In this document: one piece after another, positions 56,147 to 64,000 of the stretch
Numbering within the stretch: the first letter of the stretch is position 1
Layout of the letters: the number at the start of each line of letters is the position of its first letter
DNA from: Candidatus Nealsonbacteria bacterium
GTDB taxonomy: Bacteria > Patescibacteriota > Minisyncoccia > Minisyncoccales > PWPS01
DNA length: 64,000 bases
NCBI GenBank assembly: GCA_003560665.1
Contig: PWKK01000023.1
Location: 11,698 to 75,697, forward strand
Direction of reading: 5' to 3'
The notes under the pieces: model-generated
What the model saw: only the letters and a program-made list of their open reading frames with translations
Told to the model about the DNA's origin: nothing
Databases searched by the model: none
Made by a program: the position numbers and the translations under genes

Positions 56147-57175
56147 ATGTCTGAAAACAAACAAACACTGGACATCTCCTGGGGGACGATAATGAGAGTT
56201 TTTTTTGCAATTATCGTCGTCTATCTCCTTTATCAAGTTGCCGAAGTTTTAATCTGGGCGGTTTTTGCCTTTGTCATCTCCATTCTTTTTAATCCCATTG
56301 TAGATTTTTTACGCAAACTTCACGTTCCGCGGCTTATCGGAGTTATTGCGGTTTACTTTGGTTTTTTTGGAGTAGTTTCTTTGCTTGCTTACGTCATCAC
56401 TCCCGGACTCTACGCGGAGGTAAGAAATTTTTCTCTTCTTCTTCCGGAGTATATTGAAAAAGTTTCCCCTTTTTTGAGACACATCGGAATAGAGGGTTTT
56501 GCCACATTAGACGAGATTGTGGAAAGTCTCCGAGCATCATCCGATGAAGTTACAAGAGGAGTTTTTAATGCACTGGTAATTATTTTTGGAGGAATCTCAT
56601 CAGCGTTTTTTATTACCACAATGGCTATTTTTCTTTCTTTGGAGGGTAACAGCGTCGAGAAAGCAATCGAGCTTTTAACCCCCGAAAAGCAAAAAAGTCA
56701 AGTGCTTTCCACTTGGAAAAAGTGCCGTATTCAGGTTGGAAGTTGGTTTTTAATTAGAATTATTGCTTGTATTTTTGTTGCCGTTACGTCGTTTGCTGTT
56801 TTTTATCTCTTCGGAGTAAAGTACGCATTGCTTTTTGCAGTCATCGGAGGTGTCTTTAATCTTGTCCCTTTTGCCGGCCCTGCAATCGCCGCTCTTCTCT
56901 TCTTTGTCATTACCTCTTTGGACAGCTTAACACAAGCCCTTTTTGTATTAGTAGCCTTTATGATAATTCAGGCAATAGAAGGAAGCGTTGTAACTCCGGC
57001 TCTTTCCAAAAGGATTATGGGAGTTTCTCCTGCCCTTGTCCTTATATCTATCGTTATCGGAGGGTCTCTTTGGGGGATACTGGGAGCCTTTTTAGCTATC
57101 CCTCTGATGGGCATCATCTTTGAGTTTACAAAAACATTTTTAGAGAAGAAGAAAGCTCAGGAAGGATCCTTGTAG
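56147..57175 (+). CDS. AI-2E (PerM/YhhT) family transporter
   Basis: About 8 TM helices. The motif ...FNLVPFAGPAIAALL... and the overall layout are typical of the family. Confidence 0.8.
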   Translation: MSENKQTLDISWGTIMRVFFAIIVVYLLYQVAEVLIWAVFAFVISILFNPIVDFLRKLHVPRLIGVIAVYFGFFGVVSLLAYVITPGLYAEVRNFSLLLPEYIEKVSPFLRHIGIEGFATLDEIVESLRASSDEVTRGVFNALVIIFGGISSAFFITTMAIFLSLEGNSVEKAIELLTPEKQKSQVLSTWKKCRIQVGSWFLIRIIACIFVAVTSFAVFYLFGVKYALLFAVIGGVFNLVPFAGPAIAALLFFVITSLDSLTQALFVLVAFMIIQAIEGSVVTPALSKRIMGVSPALVLISIVIGGSLWGILGAFLAIPLMGIIFEFTKTFLEKKKAQEGSL

Positions 57176-57193
57176 ACGGCTAACGACGAGAAA

Positions 57194-57976
57194 ATGTTTT
57201 TTGTGAAAAAAGAAATAAAAAAGAAAGCCGAAAGAGGGCTCCGATTTTTTTTGGAAGCTCTCTTTCCTGTTTTTTGCGTAAACTGCGGCAAAGAGGGACT
57301 CTATATTTGCGAAGACTGTTCTCTTTTTCTTTCGGAAAACAGTTTAATCTGTCCGGTCTGTCATGAGAGCAGTTATAACGGCAAAAGACACGGGTGTTGC
57401 AAAAAAAGATACAGCATGGATGGATTAGCTTCCGTTTGGGATCACGAAGGAGTTGTCAAAAAATCCATTCATCACCTAAAGCACTCCGATGTTTATCATA
57501 TGGCAGGGGAGCTGATAGAGAGATCTCTTAGGGTTATGATTAAGGACAAAGAAAGATTCTTTGACTTTTTGGAATTCGTCACAGAAGAAACAACAGTGAT
57601 TACTTTTGTGCCGGCTGAAAAAAAGGATGAGAAGATAAAATCTCTATCTGTAAGTCGATTGAGTTGTGTTCCTTCCGAAGGTTGTCATGCCGAGGTTTTG
57701 GCCAAAAAATTGGCTGAATTTTTAAAAAAAGAGGAAGGTGTGCAATCTTTACTTGAAAAGAAAAAAGAGATCAAGCGACAAGAGGGATTTACAGAAGAAG
57801 AGAAGACAAAAAACTTAAAAGATGCCTTTAAATCCAAAGCGAGAAAAATTCCCACAAATATTGTTTTAGTTGATGATTTTTTTGCAACTGGAACTACGAT
57901 GAAAGAGTGTACGAATGTTCTAAAAAGGGGAGGGGCAAAAAAAGTATGGGGTTTTTCTCTTACAAGGATAGTTTAG
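57194..57976 (+). CDS. comF: ComF family phosphoribosyltransferase-like protein (ComFC)
   Basis: N-terminal Cys clusters (CVNCGKEG..CEDC, CPVCH). The C-terminal PRTase loop is VLVDDFFATGTTMKE. Confidence 0.8.
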   Translation: MFFVKKEIKKKAERGLRFFLEALFPVFCVNCGKEGLYICEDCSLFLSENSLICPVCHESSYNGKRHGCCKKRYSMDGLASVWDHEGVVKKSIHHLKHSDVYHMAGELIERSLRVMIKDKERFFDFLEFVTEETTVITFVPAEKKDEKIKSLSVSRLSCVPSEGCHAEVLAKKLAEFLKKEEGVQSLLEKKKEIKRQEGFTEEEKTKNLKDAFKSKARKIPTNIVLVDDFFATGTTMKECTNVLKRGGAKKVWGFSLTRIV

Positions 57977-58490
57977 TTTGTAAGCTTCCGAAACTTACAG
58001 TAGGGAACAAAAAGCATCACACCAACAAACCTAAACAGGATTTTCGCGATAAATCCGGACCAGGATTGTTCTAGCTTACTTATCTTTCTTAGTACAACTG
58101 GTCTAATAAATAGTCTTATTTGAGAGAACGACTTCTTCGCTGTTATTCCGTGTCTTTTTTAAAACATTGCACGCTACTTTAAAATGTTCTATTATTGCCA
58201 CAACAATAAGAGGGTGTAGGGAGAAAACAATTATTTTTTTGGCGAAAGAATAGAATTTTTGTGAAGGTCTTTTGTTTTTCAGAGGAGGAAACGGATGTTG
58301 TCGCTTTAACTCTCGCTCCTTTTTTGGGGAAGACAGTTTTTTTCGCTTTATATCTTTGTTTTTGTTGTTAAGGATGGTTTTTAAATATGTTTAATTGTTT
58401 TCAATGCCCAATGGCGGGAAATGCTTGGGTTGATGCCTATTTTCGGGGATAGATGAAGAGCGCAAAGCATAAATTCTAGATAGCAAGGAA

Positions 58491-59933
58491 ATGGCTAAAA
58501 AGTTTTATATTACTACCAGCAGTGCAAGCGTAGACAAACTTCCTGATATTGATTTTTTATTAGAGCTTCTTCAAGCAGATGTTTTGGCACGCTATAACCG
58601 AAAAAAAGGAAAGGATGTTTTTTTTCTAACAAGCACAAGTGAGTACGGAATTAAAATTTTGAAAAAGGCAGAAGAAGGAAAGAAAGATCCCCAGGATTTT
58701 GTTAACGAAGTAACTCTTAAGTACAGAATATTTATTGAAAAACTAAATATTTCCAACAATTCTTTTATAAGAACCACCGATAAAGATTTGCACTTGAAAG
58801 GAACACAAAAGATTTGGAGAGAAATGAAAGAAAAAGGAGATGTTTATAAAAAAAAGCACAAAAGTTCATACTGTGCAGAATGTGATGCTTTTGTTGAAAA
58901 AAAGAAGCTCGTATCGGGGAAGTGTCCAAATCACGGAAAACATCCGGAAAATGTTGAAGAAGAGAGCTATTTTTTTAATCTTTCAAAGTACAAAGAAAAG
59001 ATAAAAGAGAAGATAGAGAAAGAAGGGCTACAAATTTTTCCGAGAGAAAGAAAAAACGAAATAATTTGTTTTTTAGAGGAAGTAGAAGATGTTATTATCT
59101 CTCGACCAAAGGAAAAGCTTTCCTGGGGAATCTCTGTTCCCGATGACGATAACCAGACTATCAGTAATTGGGTGGATGCTCTTTCTAGTTATCTAACGGC
59201 TTTGGGGTATCAAGACGAGAGAGATGATTTTTGGAGGTGGTGGCCGCCAGATGCGCACTGTATAGAAAGAAGTGTGTTAGTTTCTCACGGAGCGTTTTTG
59301 CCGGGAATTTTACTTTCTTTGGGCTTGGACCTTCCCAAGAATATTTATGTCCACGGACATATGGCGTGTGAGGGAAAGAAGAAGTCCAAAAAATTGGCGC
59401 GCTCGATTGATCTCTTTAATCTTCTAGAAGATTGGAGTAGTGATATTGTCAGGTATTATTTTTTAAGGGAGTCCCTTACATGCAAAGACGGACGTTTTTC
59501 CTATAAAAAGCTTAAAGAGGAATGTGATATTGATTTAATAGATGGGCTGAATAGCTTGGTTTATCGTGTGATTTCGTTTGCTCGAAAAATGGAAATAAAT
59601 TCTACAAACATTCCCAGGGTATGTGCCGGGGAGGTAGGAAAGGAGATTAAAAAAACAGAAAAACAAATTGAAGATTTCCTGGGAGAGTATATGCTCAAAG
59701 AAGCGCTAGAAAGTATTTGGGGATTGATTTGCTTTGCTAACAAATACACAAAAGAGAAAGAAATAATGGAGAAAAGAAAGAGCGGGCAAGAGGGGGCAAA
59801 AGAAATGCTTTGCCTTGTTCATTCTCTTTCAAAGATGCTCTCTCCCTTCCTCCCTTCGACAGCAAAAAAAATGGAAGCATCTCTTCGTGACCTTAAGGAA
59901 GAAAATATTTTCTCAAAAATTCCTAAAAAATAA
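58491..59933 (+). CDS. Methionyl-tRNA-synthetase-like protein with degenerate HIGH and KMSKS motifs
   Basis: It is colinear with MetRS: FYITT..., ADVLARYNRKKGKDVFFLT, FIRTTD, a CAEC...CPNHG knuckle, EESYFFNLSKY, ISRPKEKLSWGISVP, NWVDALSSYLTALGY and DIVRYYFLRE. Where PHIGH is expected it reads KLPDIDF. Where KMSKS is expected it reads KKKSKKLARS. Confidence 0.75.
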   Translation: MAKKFYITTSSASVDKLPDIDFLLELLQADVLARYNRKKGKDVFFLTSTSEYGIKILKKAEEGKKDPQDFVNEVTLKYRIFIEKLNISNNSFIRTTDKDLHLKGTQKIWREMKEKGDVYKKKHKSSYCAECDAFVEKKKLVSGKCPNHGKHPENVEEESYFFNLSKYKEKIKEKIEKEGLQIFPRERKNEIICFLEEVEDVIISRPKEKLSWGISVPDDDNQTISNWVDALSSYLTALGYQDERDDFWRWWPPDAHCIERSVLVSHGAFLPGILLSLGLDLPKNIYVHGHMACEGKKKSKKLARSIDLFNLLEDWSSDIVRYYFLRESLTCKDGRFSYKKLKEECDIDLIDGLNSLVYRVISFARKMEINSTNIPRVCAGEVGKEIKKTEKQIEDFLGEYMLKEALESIWGLICFANKYTKEKEIMEKRKSGQEGAKEMLCLVHSLSKMLSPFLPSTAKKMEASLRDLKEENIFSKIPKK

Positions 59934-60027
59934 TCTATTGCTCTTACAAAAAAAGCGTAATTAGCTTTTTAAAGAATATAAGATAATCGTGTGAAAAAGT
60001 ATTTTATGAATTTTTTAAAAATAAATT

Positions 60028-61593
60028 ATGAGAGATTTTGAAATATTTTATCAATTTTTACCATATTTCATGGTGGTTCTTTTTTCGGCACTTTTGTTTC
60101 TTGTTTTTTACAACAGAAAGGTTATAGCAGAAGTATTTCGGAGTGTTGAAAAGAAAACATGGATTAAGGTGCTTTTACTGATTACTTTCGGGGCCCTTTT
60201 AAGATTTTCTTTGATACCGCACGAGCAAATAGTTACCGCAGATGGAGAAAACGTGGTTGAGCTTGGGATGTCGGTAAATCAGTATGGGAAGTTAATACAG
60301 TGTAATTATACCTCCGATAAAAACTGCCTCAGTGCTGATTTTCCAACGTACCCTCCCGCATATCCGGTGGTACTAAGTGGCGTGTTTAATTTTTTTGAAA
60401 AATCTGAAAGAACAGCTTTTTCTTTGAGCTCAGTTATAGGTGCTTTGATGATTCTCCTTAGCTTTCTTCTGGCCTACTTATGGACAAAAAAAGAAAATGT
60501 TGCACTTCTCGGAGCTTTTGTTTTTGGATTGATTTCTCCAATTTTAAAGTTTTCGGGATCGGTTTCGCTAGAACTTTTTCTTGTTTTCTTTTTTCTCTTA
60601 ACTCTTATTTTCTTTGAAATTTTTATAGAGAAAAAAAATAAAGCAATGTTCTTGTTGTTTTTATTTGCCCTGCTTTGCACGACTTATATAAGACCAGAGG
60701 GTGTTTTTTTGATAGGGATCTTTTTTATTTCTGCTTTATTTCGTATAAGCATCAAAGAGCTTTTTAAAAAAATAGGGAAAAGATTTGTTATTACTTCTTT
60801 GGGGTTGTTCTTTTTTCTTCTTATACCATCAGTTATTTTCGCAAATATTGGCAGGGGGGTTTATCCTGACTGGAACCCCTCTTTGACTAAAACAGCCGGG
60901 CACTTTTTAGATCACTATCTATACAATTTACGATTTCTTTTTGATTACTCAATAAACCCGCTATTCTTTTCCATTTCTTCTTTTTTGGGAATATATTTGG
61001 TTTTTTTAAAAGAAAAAAAGAAATTCCTTTTCTTTTTTATTCCTCTTCTAGCTTACTTTACGTTTTACTCAAGCTACGAATCGGGAATTATTTCGGGGCC
61101 CTTTATAAGATACTTTTTAGTCTTATACGTTTTCTTCTTTTTCTTTTTTGTAAGAGCAATAGATTATTTTTTTGGAATTTTCAGAAAAAAGAAAGTAAGA
61201 ATGATTGGAGAAACTATGATTTTACTGCTTTTTTTGGGAAGTTTTGTGCTCACTAATAACTATATCCTAAAAGAAAACGATGGAGAAGTTGAACCGGTAA
61301 AAGAAATGCTTCTTCAGGCAAAAGAAAGAATTCCAAGTGACGCTTATGTTGTTTCGCTTGGAACCGAAGCAAGGGTTGTAATAAACAGAAATACCATTTC
61401 TGCAAATATTTTTATTTGTGATGGTATAAATAAAAACTTTGATGGCAAAAAAGCTTTCTTGTTTAAAACAGAATCTCTGGAGAGCTCTCCTTCTTTGGAA
61501 AAGATAAAAGAGAGGTATGAATTAAATCCCGTAGAAGTGATTACCTACAGGGGGAAAGAGCAAGGCGTTTATGAGCTTGTGAGAAAGATTTAA
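60028..61593 (+). CDS. Polytopic membrane protein, candidate GT-C (ArnT/PMT-like) glycosyltransferase
   Basis: 521 aa with about 11 or more hydrophobic helices followed by a soluble C-terminal domain of about 120 aa. The architecture resembles family-39/83 glycosyltransferases. No diagnostic motif confirmed. Confidence 0.4.
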   Translation: MRDFEIFYQFLPYFMVVLFSALLFLVFYNRKVIAEVFRSVEKKTWIKVLLLITFGALLRFSLIPHEQIVTADGENVVELGMSVNQYGKLIQCNYTSDKNCLSADFPTYPPAYPVVLSGVFNFFEKSERTAFSLSSVIGALMILLSFLLAYLWTKKENVALLGAFVFGLISPILKFSGSVSLELFLVFFFLLTLIFFEIFIEKKNKAMFLLFLFALLCTTYIRPEGVFLIGIFFISALFRISIKELFKKIGKRFVITSLGLFFFLLIPSVIFANIGRGVYPDWNPSLTKTAGHFLDHYLYNLRFLFDYSINPLFFSISSFLGIYLVFLKEKKKFLFFFIPLLAYFTFYSSYESGIISGPFIRYFLVLYVFFFFFFVRAIDYFFGIFRKKKVRMIGETMILLLFLGSFVLTNNYILKENDGEVEPVKEMLLQAKERIPSDAYVVSLGTEARVVINRNTISANIFICDGINKNFDGKKAFLFKTESLESSPSLEKIKERYELNPVEVITYRGKEQGVYELVRKI

Positions 61594-61614
61594 GGGACAA
61601 AGTTTTTAAGTTGT

Positions 61615-62472
61615 CTGGGTTCAGATACATGTGATATGCTTAGATTTGTAAAATTATTACTTTTTTAGTGAGTAAATTTTGTTTTTTAAATCCAACAAAT
61701 ATTCGTGACGAGTGGGACAATTGAGTGTTGCGTGATGACGAATGCTATTCCAAACATACTCTTTCTTCTAATCCCCTTCTCATACCTGAGAGAAAGGAGC
61801 TTGTTTTTCCTTGAAGGGAGAACTTTTTATCTGCTTGTTGAGATATCTCTATGTAAGTGTTTTACTTCTGATTTCTCGGATAGACGAAGTAATAAGAAGT
61901 GTCCAGTTCGTTGTATGTCTTTTCAAAGTACTTCAAAAAAGAAGATTCTTTGCCTGTCTGGATAGTACTAATTATAAAAGGAAAAGACTTGATGTATTAT
62001 TTTAAGAATATTGATTTATTCTTTAAAGACTCTAACACACAAACTCTTAATATTTTTGTATTAGAAATAACATCAATTGCAGTAAACTGGTAGAACTTTC
62101 CCTCCGACAAGCACGATGTATTTCACGTCTATCTAAATGAGATCTCTGGACTTAGAGATACGCATTCCCCTTGAAAGCCTTGCTTCCGGACTTAATGGAT
62201 CCCTTTTCCTTTTCTTAAATGTTTGTTTATTGATCAAGTTCTTTCTCTTTAAAAATCTTCCTACTGTACTTTTCGAGACAGTGATTCCTTCTCCCCCTTA
62301 AAAGAACTTTTAGTTTTTGCTTTGATCGAATAAATTATCTGCCACACACTTTCCTCGAGCAAGAGCAGACTCTTTCGGCAGCACTGTGCCGTATACTATC
62401 ATATGACGTCCAGAATACTTTTCTTTTATGGTTTTTAAAAGACCTGAGGCGTATTATATCATGTGAACCAGC
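61615..62472 (-). mobile_element. Decayed IS element remnant (IS481-like) with weak terminal inverted repeats
   Basis: A non-coding gap of about 0.9 kb. Possible imperfect inverted repeats are ctgggttcagatacatgtgatatg (61615-61638) and the reverse complement of tattatatcatgtgaaccagc (62453-62472). It encloses the transposase pseudogene. Confidence 0.45.
61700..62445 (-). pseudogene. DDE (rve-type) transposase pseudogene with multiple frameshifts and stops
   Basis: Minus-strand fragments read in different frames: GITVSKSTVGRFLKRKNL (HTH), SRDLI*IDVKYI..GGK, KFYQFTAIDVISNTKILRV, and TIQTGKESSFLKYFEK (the IQTDNGxEF region with the Asp lost). Their order matches IS481/IS3-type integrase cores. 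Confidence 0.6.
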
Positions 62473-62538
62473 ACACAAGCTTGAAGAAATAATCAAAGTG
62501 GGATAGAATCAATAAGAGAAAATTTATTATAAATATTT

Positions 62539-63591
62539 ATGAATTACAAAAAAAACAAAATTTTAATAATTGGGGTTCTCTTAGTTATTCTTTTAGGAGG
62601 AGCTTTTCTTCTTTGGGGAGTTTTTCAAAAAGAAGAACTCCATGAAGAGGCTTTAGATTATAGATATATTCTGGATATTAGTCCCGGGTGCGAAAAAGGG
62701 AGAATTGTAAGCTGGACAAGTGACGAGCTTGTAATTGAAAATATTCCCGAGGAAGAGAATTGTTTTATAGAAAAAAATGAAAGAAAGTTTATAGAGCTGG
62801 AGGTTTTTGAGGAAGAAGTGGGAGGAATAGAGCTTTCAAAAGAAAGAGGTGTTGTTGCTTCTGGGGGGTTATTAAATTTTGGGAGGGTGGATTTTACGTT
62901 TCTCGGAGCTCCTTCTTATTATCCAACACCTTATATCACTGAAAACTCTAAAGCGCAATCGGTGACACATGATGAAGAAAATCTGTTGTTTGTTAGGGGA
63001 ATACCCGAAGAGGGTTTTTTTGGGACAGAGACAGACGAATTTATTTCTTTAAAGATAAGACCAATTGAAAATGAAACTGATATAAATTTTTCTTACCTCC
63101 AGTTTTCTGGAGCTGGGAATATAACTTATTGGGATACCAAAAACAATGGAGAGGTAGAATATATGATTGGAGTTCTTTATGAAAATGAAGAATTTTTCGT
63201 AAAGCTAGACGGAGAAGAAATTTCTCAAAGTCCGGTTTTGGCTCAAGGGAGCCCTCCCGTAATTAGTTTTAAAAATGCAGAGAGTGGCAGGTACTCCATC
63301 TTACATGAAGGCTTGATTGAGTTTGAGGACGATATGTTGATTTCTCTTGAAGGTTTAAAAAATGATGAAAATCTTTATATTGTCGGTGGCTGTAAAATGG
63401 AGATGTTTGACCTAGGGGAAGATGTTGTTATTTTTGATGGCATTCCAGAGAATGTTACTTGTTCTATAAAAATCGGAAAAGATATAGTTGTTTCAATAAC
63501 TCCCCATGAGAACGAAACAGGATATTTAGAGTTTTCAGGAAAAGAAGGAATAATTGATTCAAGGGGGGAATTAATGTTTGAGGAAAATTAA
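62539..63591 (+). CDS. Membrane-anchored acidic hypothetical protein with three internal IPE(E/N) repeats
   Basis: N-terminal TM helix (ILIIGVLLVILLGGAFLLWGVF). The repeats are LVIENIPEEENCFIEKNERKFIELEVFEEE, LLFVRGIPEEGFFGTETDEFISLKIRPIENE and VVIFDGIPENVTCSIKIGKDIVVSITPHENE. Confidence 0.5.
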   Translation: MNYKKNKILIIGVLLVILLGGAFLLWGVFQKEELHEEALDYRYILDISPGCEKGRIVSWTSDELVIENIPEEENCFIEKNERKFIELEVFEEEVGGIELSKERGVVASGGLLNFGRVDFTFLGAPSYYPTPYITENSKAQSVTHDEENLLFVRGIPEEGFFGTETDEFISLKIRPIENETDINFSYLQFSGAGNITYWDTKNNGEVEYMIGVLYENEEFFVKLDGEEISQSPVLAQGSPPVISFKNAESGRYSILHEGLIEFEDDMLISLEGLKNDENLYIVGGCKMEMFDLGEDVVIFDGIPENVTCSIKIGKDIVVSITPHENETGYLEFSGKEGIIDSRGELMFEEN

Positions 63592-63623
63592 CCTCTTAGT
63601 GCAAATCACCTCTCAAAATAGTA

Positions 63624-64000
63624 ATGTATAATTTAACGGTGGTAATTCCCGCCTATAATGAGGAGAAAAACATCTGTTCTACACTGAAAGATGTTCAAAA
63701 AACTCTAAGCGGTAGGGTTAGCTATGAAATAATAGTTGTTGATGATGGCTCTACCGACAAAACTTCTTATGTGCTCGAGCAGCTTGAGTGGGGAAATTTG
63801 AAAATAATAAGACTAGAAACAAACCAAGGGAAAGGAGCTGCCGTTAAGGAGGGGGCCCTCAATTCAAAAGGAGATCTAGTTCTTTATATGGATGCCGACA
63901 ACTCTACTCGTGTAAAGCATTTTTTTGATTTCCTGCCATATATTGAAAGCTGTGACATTGTAATTGGCTCACGCAGCCTATTGGAAAGCAAAATTACAAA
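63624..64000 (+). CDS. Family-2 glycosyltransferase (dolichyl/polyprenyl-phosphate sugar transferase-like), 5' part; runs off the right edge
   Basis: MYNLTVVIPAYNEEKNI...EIIVVDDGSTDKT...NQGKGAAVKEGA...LVLYMDADNS is the classic GT2 DxD pattern. Confidence 0.85.
   Translation, partial: MYNLTVVIPAYNEEKNICSTLKDVQKTLSGRVSYEIIVVDDGSTDKTSYVLEQLEWGNLKIIRLETNQGKGAAVKEGALNSKGDLVLYMDADNSTRVKHFFDFLPYIESCDIVIGSRSLLESKIT

Noticed and set aside
57977-58490. RNase P RNA, SRP RNA or 6S RNA in the long comF-MetRS-like gap.
   Set aside because: I could not find the conserved cores by eye (GAGGAAAGUCCGG for RNase P, or the GGAA/AGCA symmetric-loop motif for SRP). It needs a covariance-model scan, so I left it as a low-interest finding.

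Overview
This is an AT-rich, gene-dense bacterial chromosome segment made up mostly of core information-processing genes. They include rpsO-pnp, cca, tyrS, rpoB-rpoC, ftsK, recA, rpsF-ssb-rpsR, trpS, rnj, groES-groEL, lemA-htpX, ruvA, murE, greA, infC-rpmI-rplT, smpB plus tmRNA, argS, ileS and recO. I also read five tRNAs by hand: Lys-CUU, Arg-UCG, Pro-CGG, Leu-CAG and Ser-GGA. I saw no rRNA, CRISPR array or intact mobile element. TAA, TAG and TGA all terminate conserved genes at sensible lengths, so the standard bacterial code applies. Lys/Glu-rich tails on many housekeeping proteins, a CPR-type T4SS-pilin-like gene and the compact layout suggest a Patescibacteria/CPR (Parcubacteria-like) genome, but this is inference only. 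The most unusual content is at the left end, where two tandem, very large E/K/R-rich coiled-coil proteins lie directly downstream of an rpsO-NYN-pnp operon (1412 aa, plus a partial one of at least 427 aa). They are built from modules that carry a recurring W-x13-W motif I cannot assign to any named family, and they give about 5.6 kb of extreme purine/pyrimidine strand asymmetry. Other items worth follow-up are: a MetRS-like protein with both class-I signature motifs degenerate; a predicted NYN nuclease translationally coupled between rpsO and pnp; a tRNA-Ser-flanked envelope gene block with a roughly 70-nt leader/promoter sequence present in 2-3 copies; tandem DUF2378-like paralogs; an MFS gene with an in-frame TAA; a tRNA-Leu whose first base is the last base of the upstream stop codon; and a decayed IS481-like transposase remnant inside a glycosylation locus.
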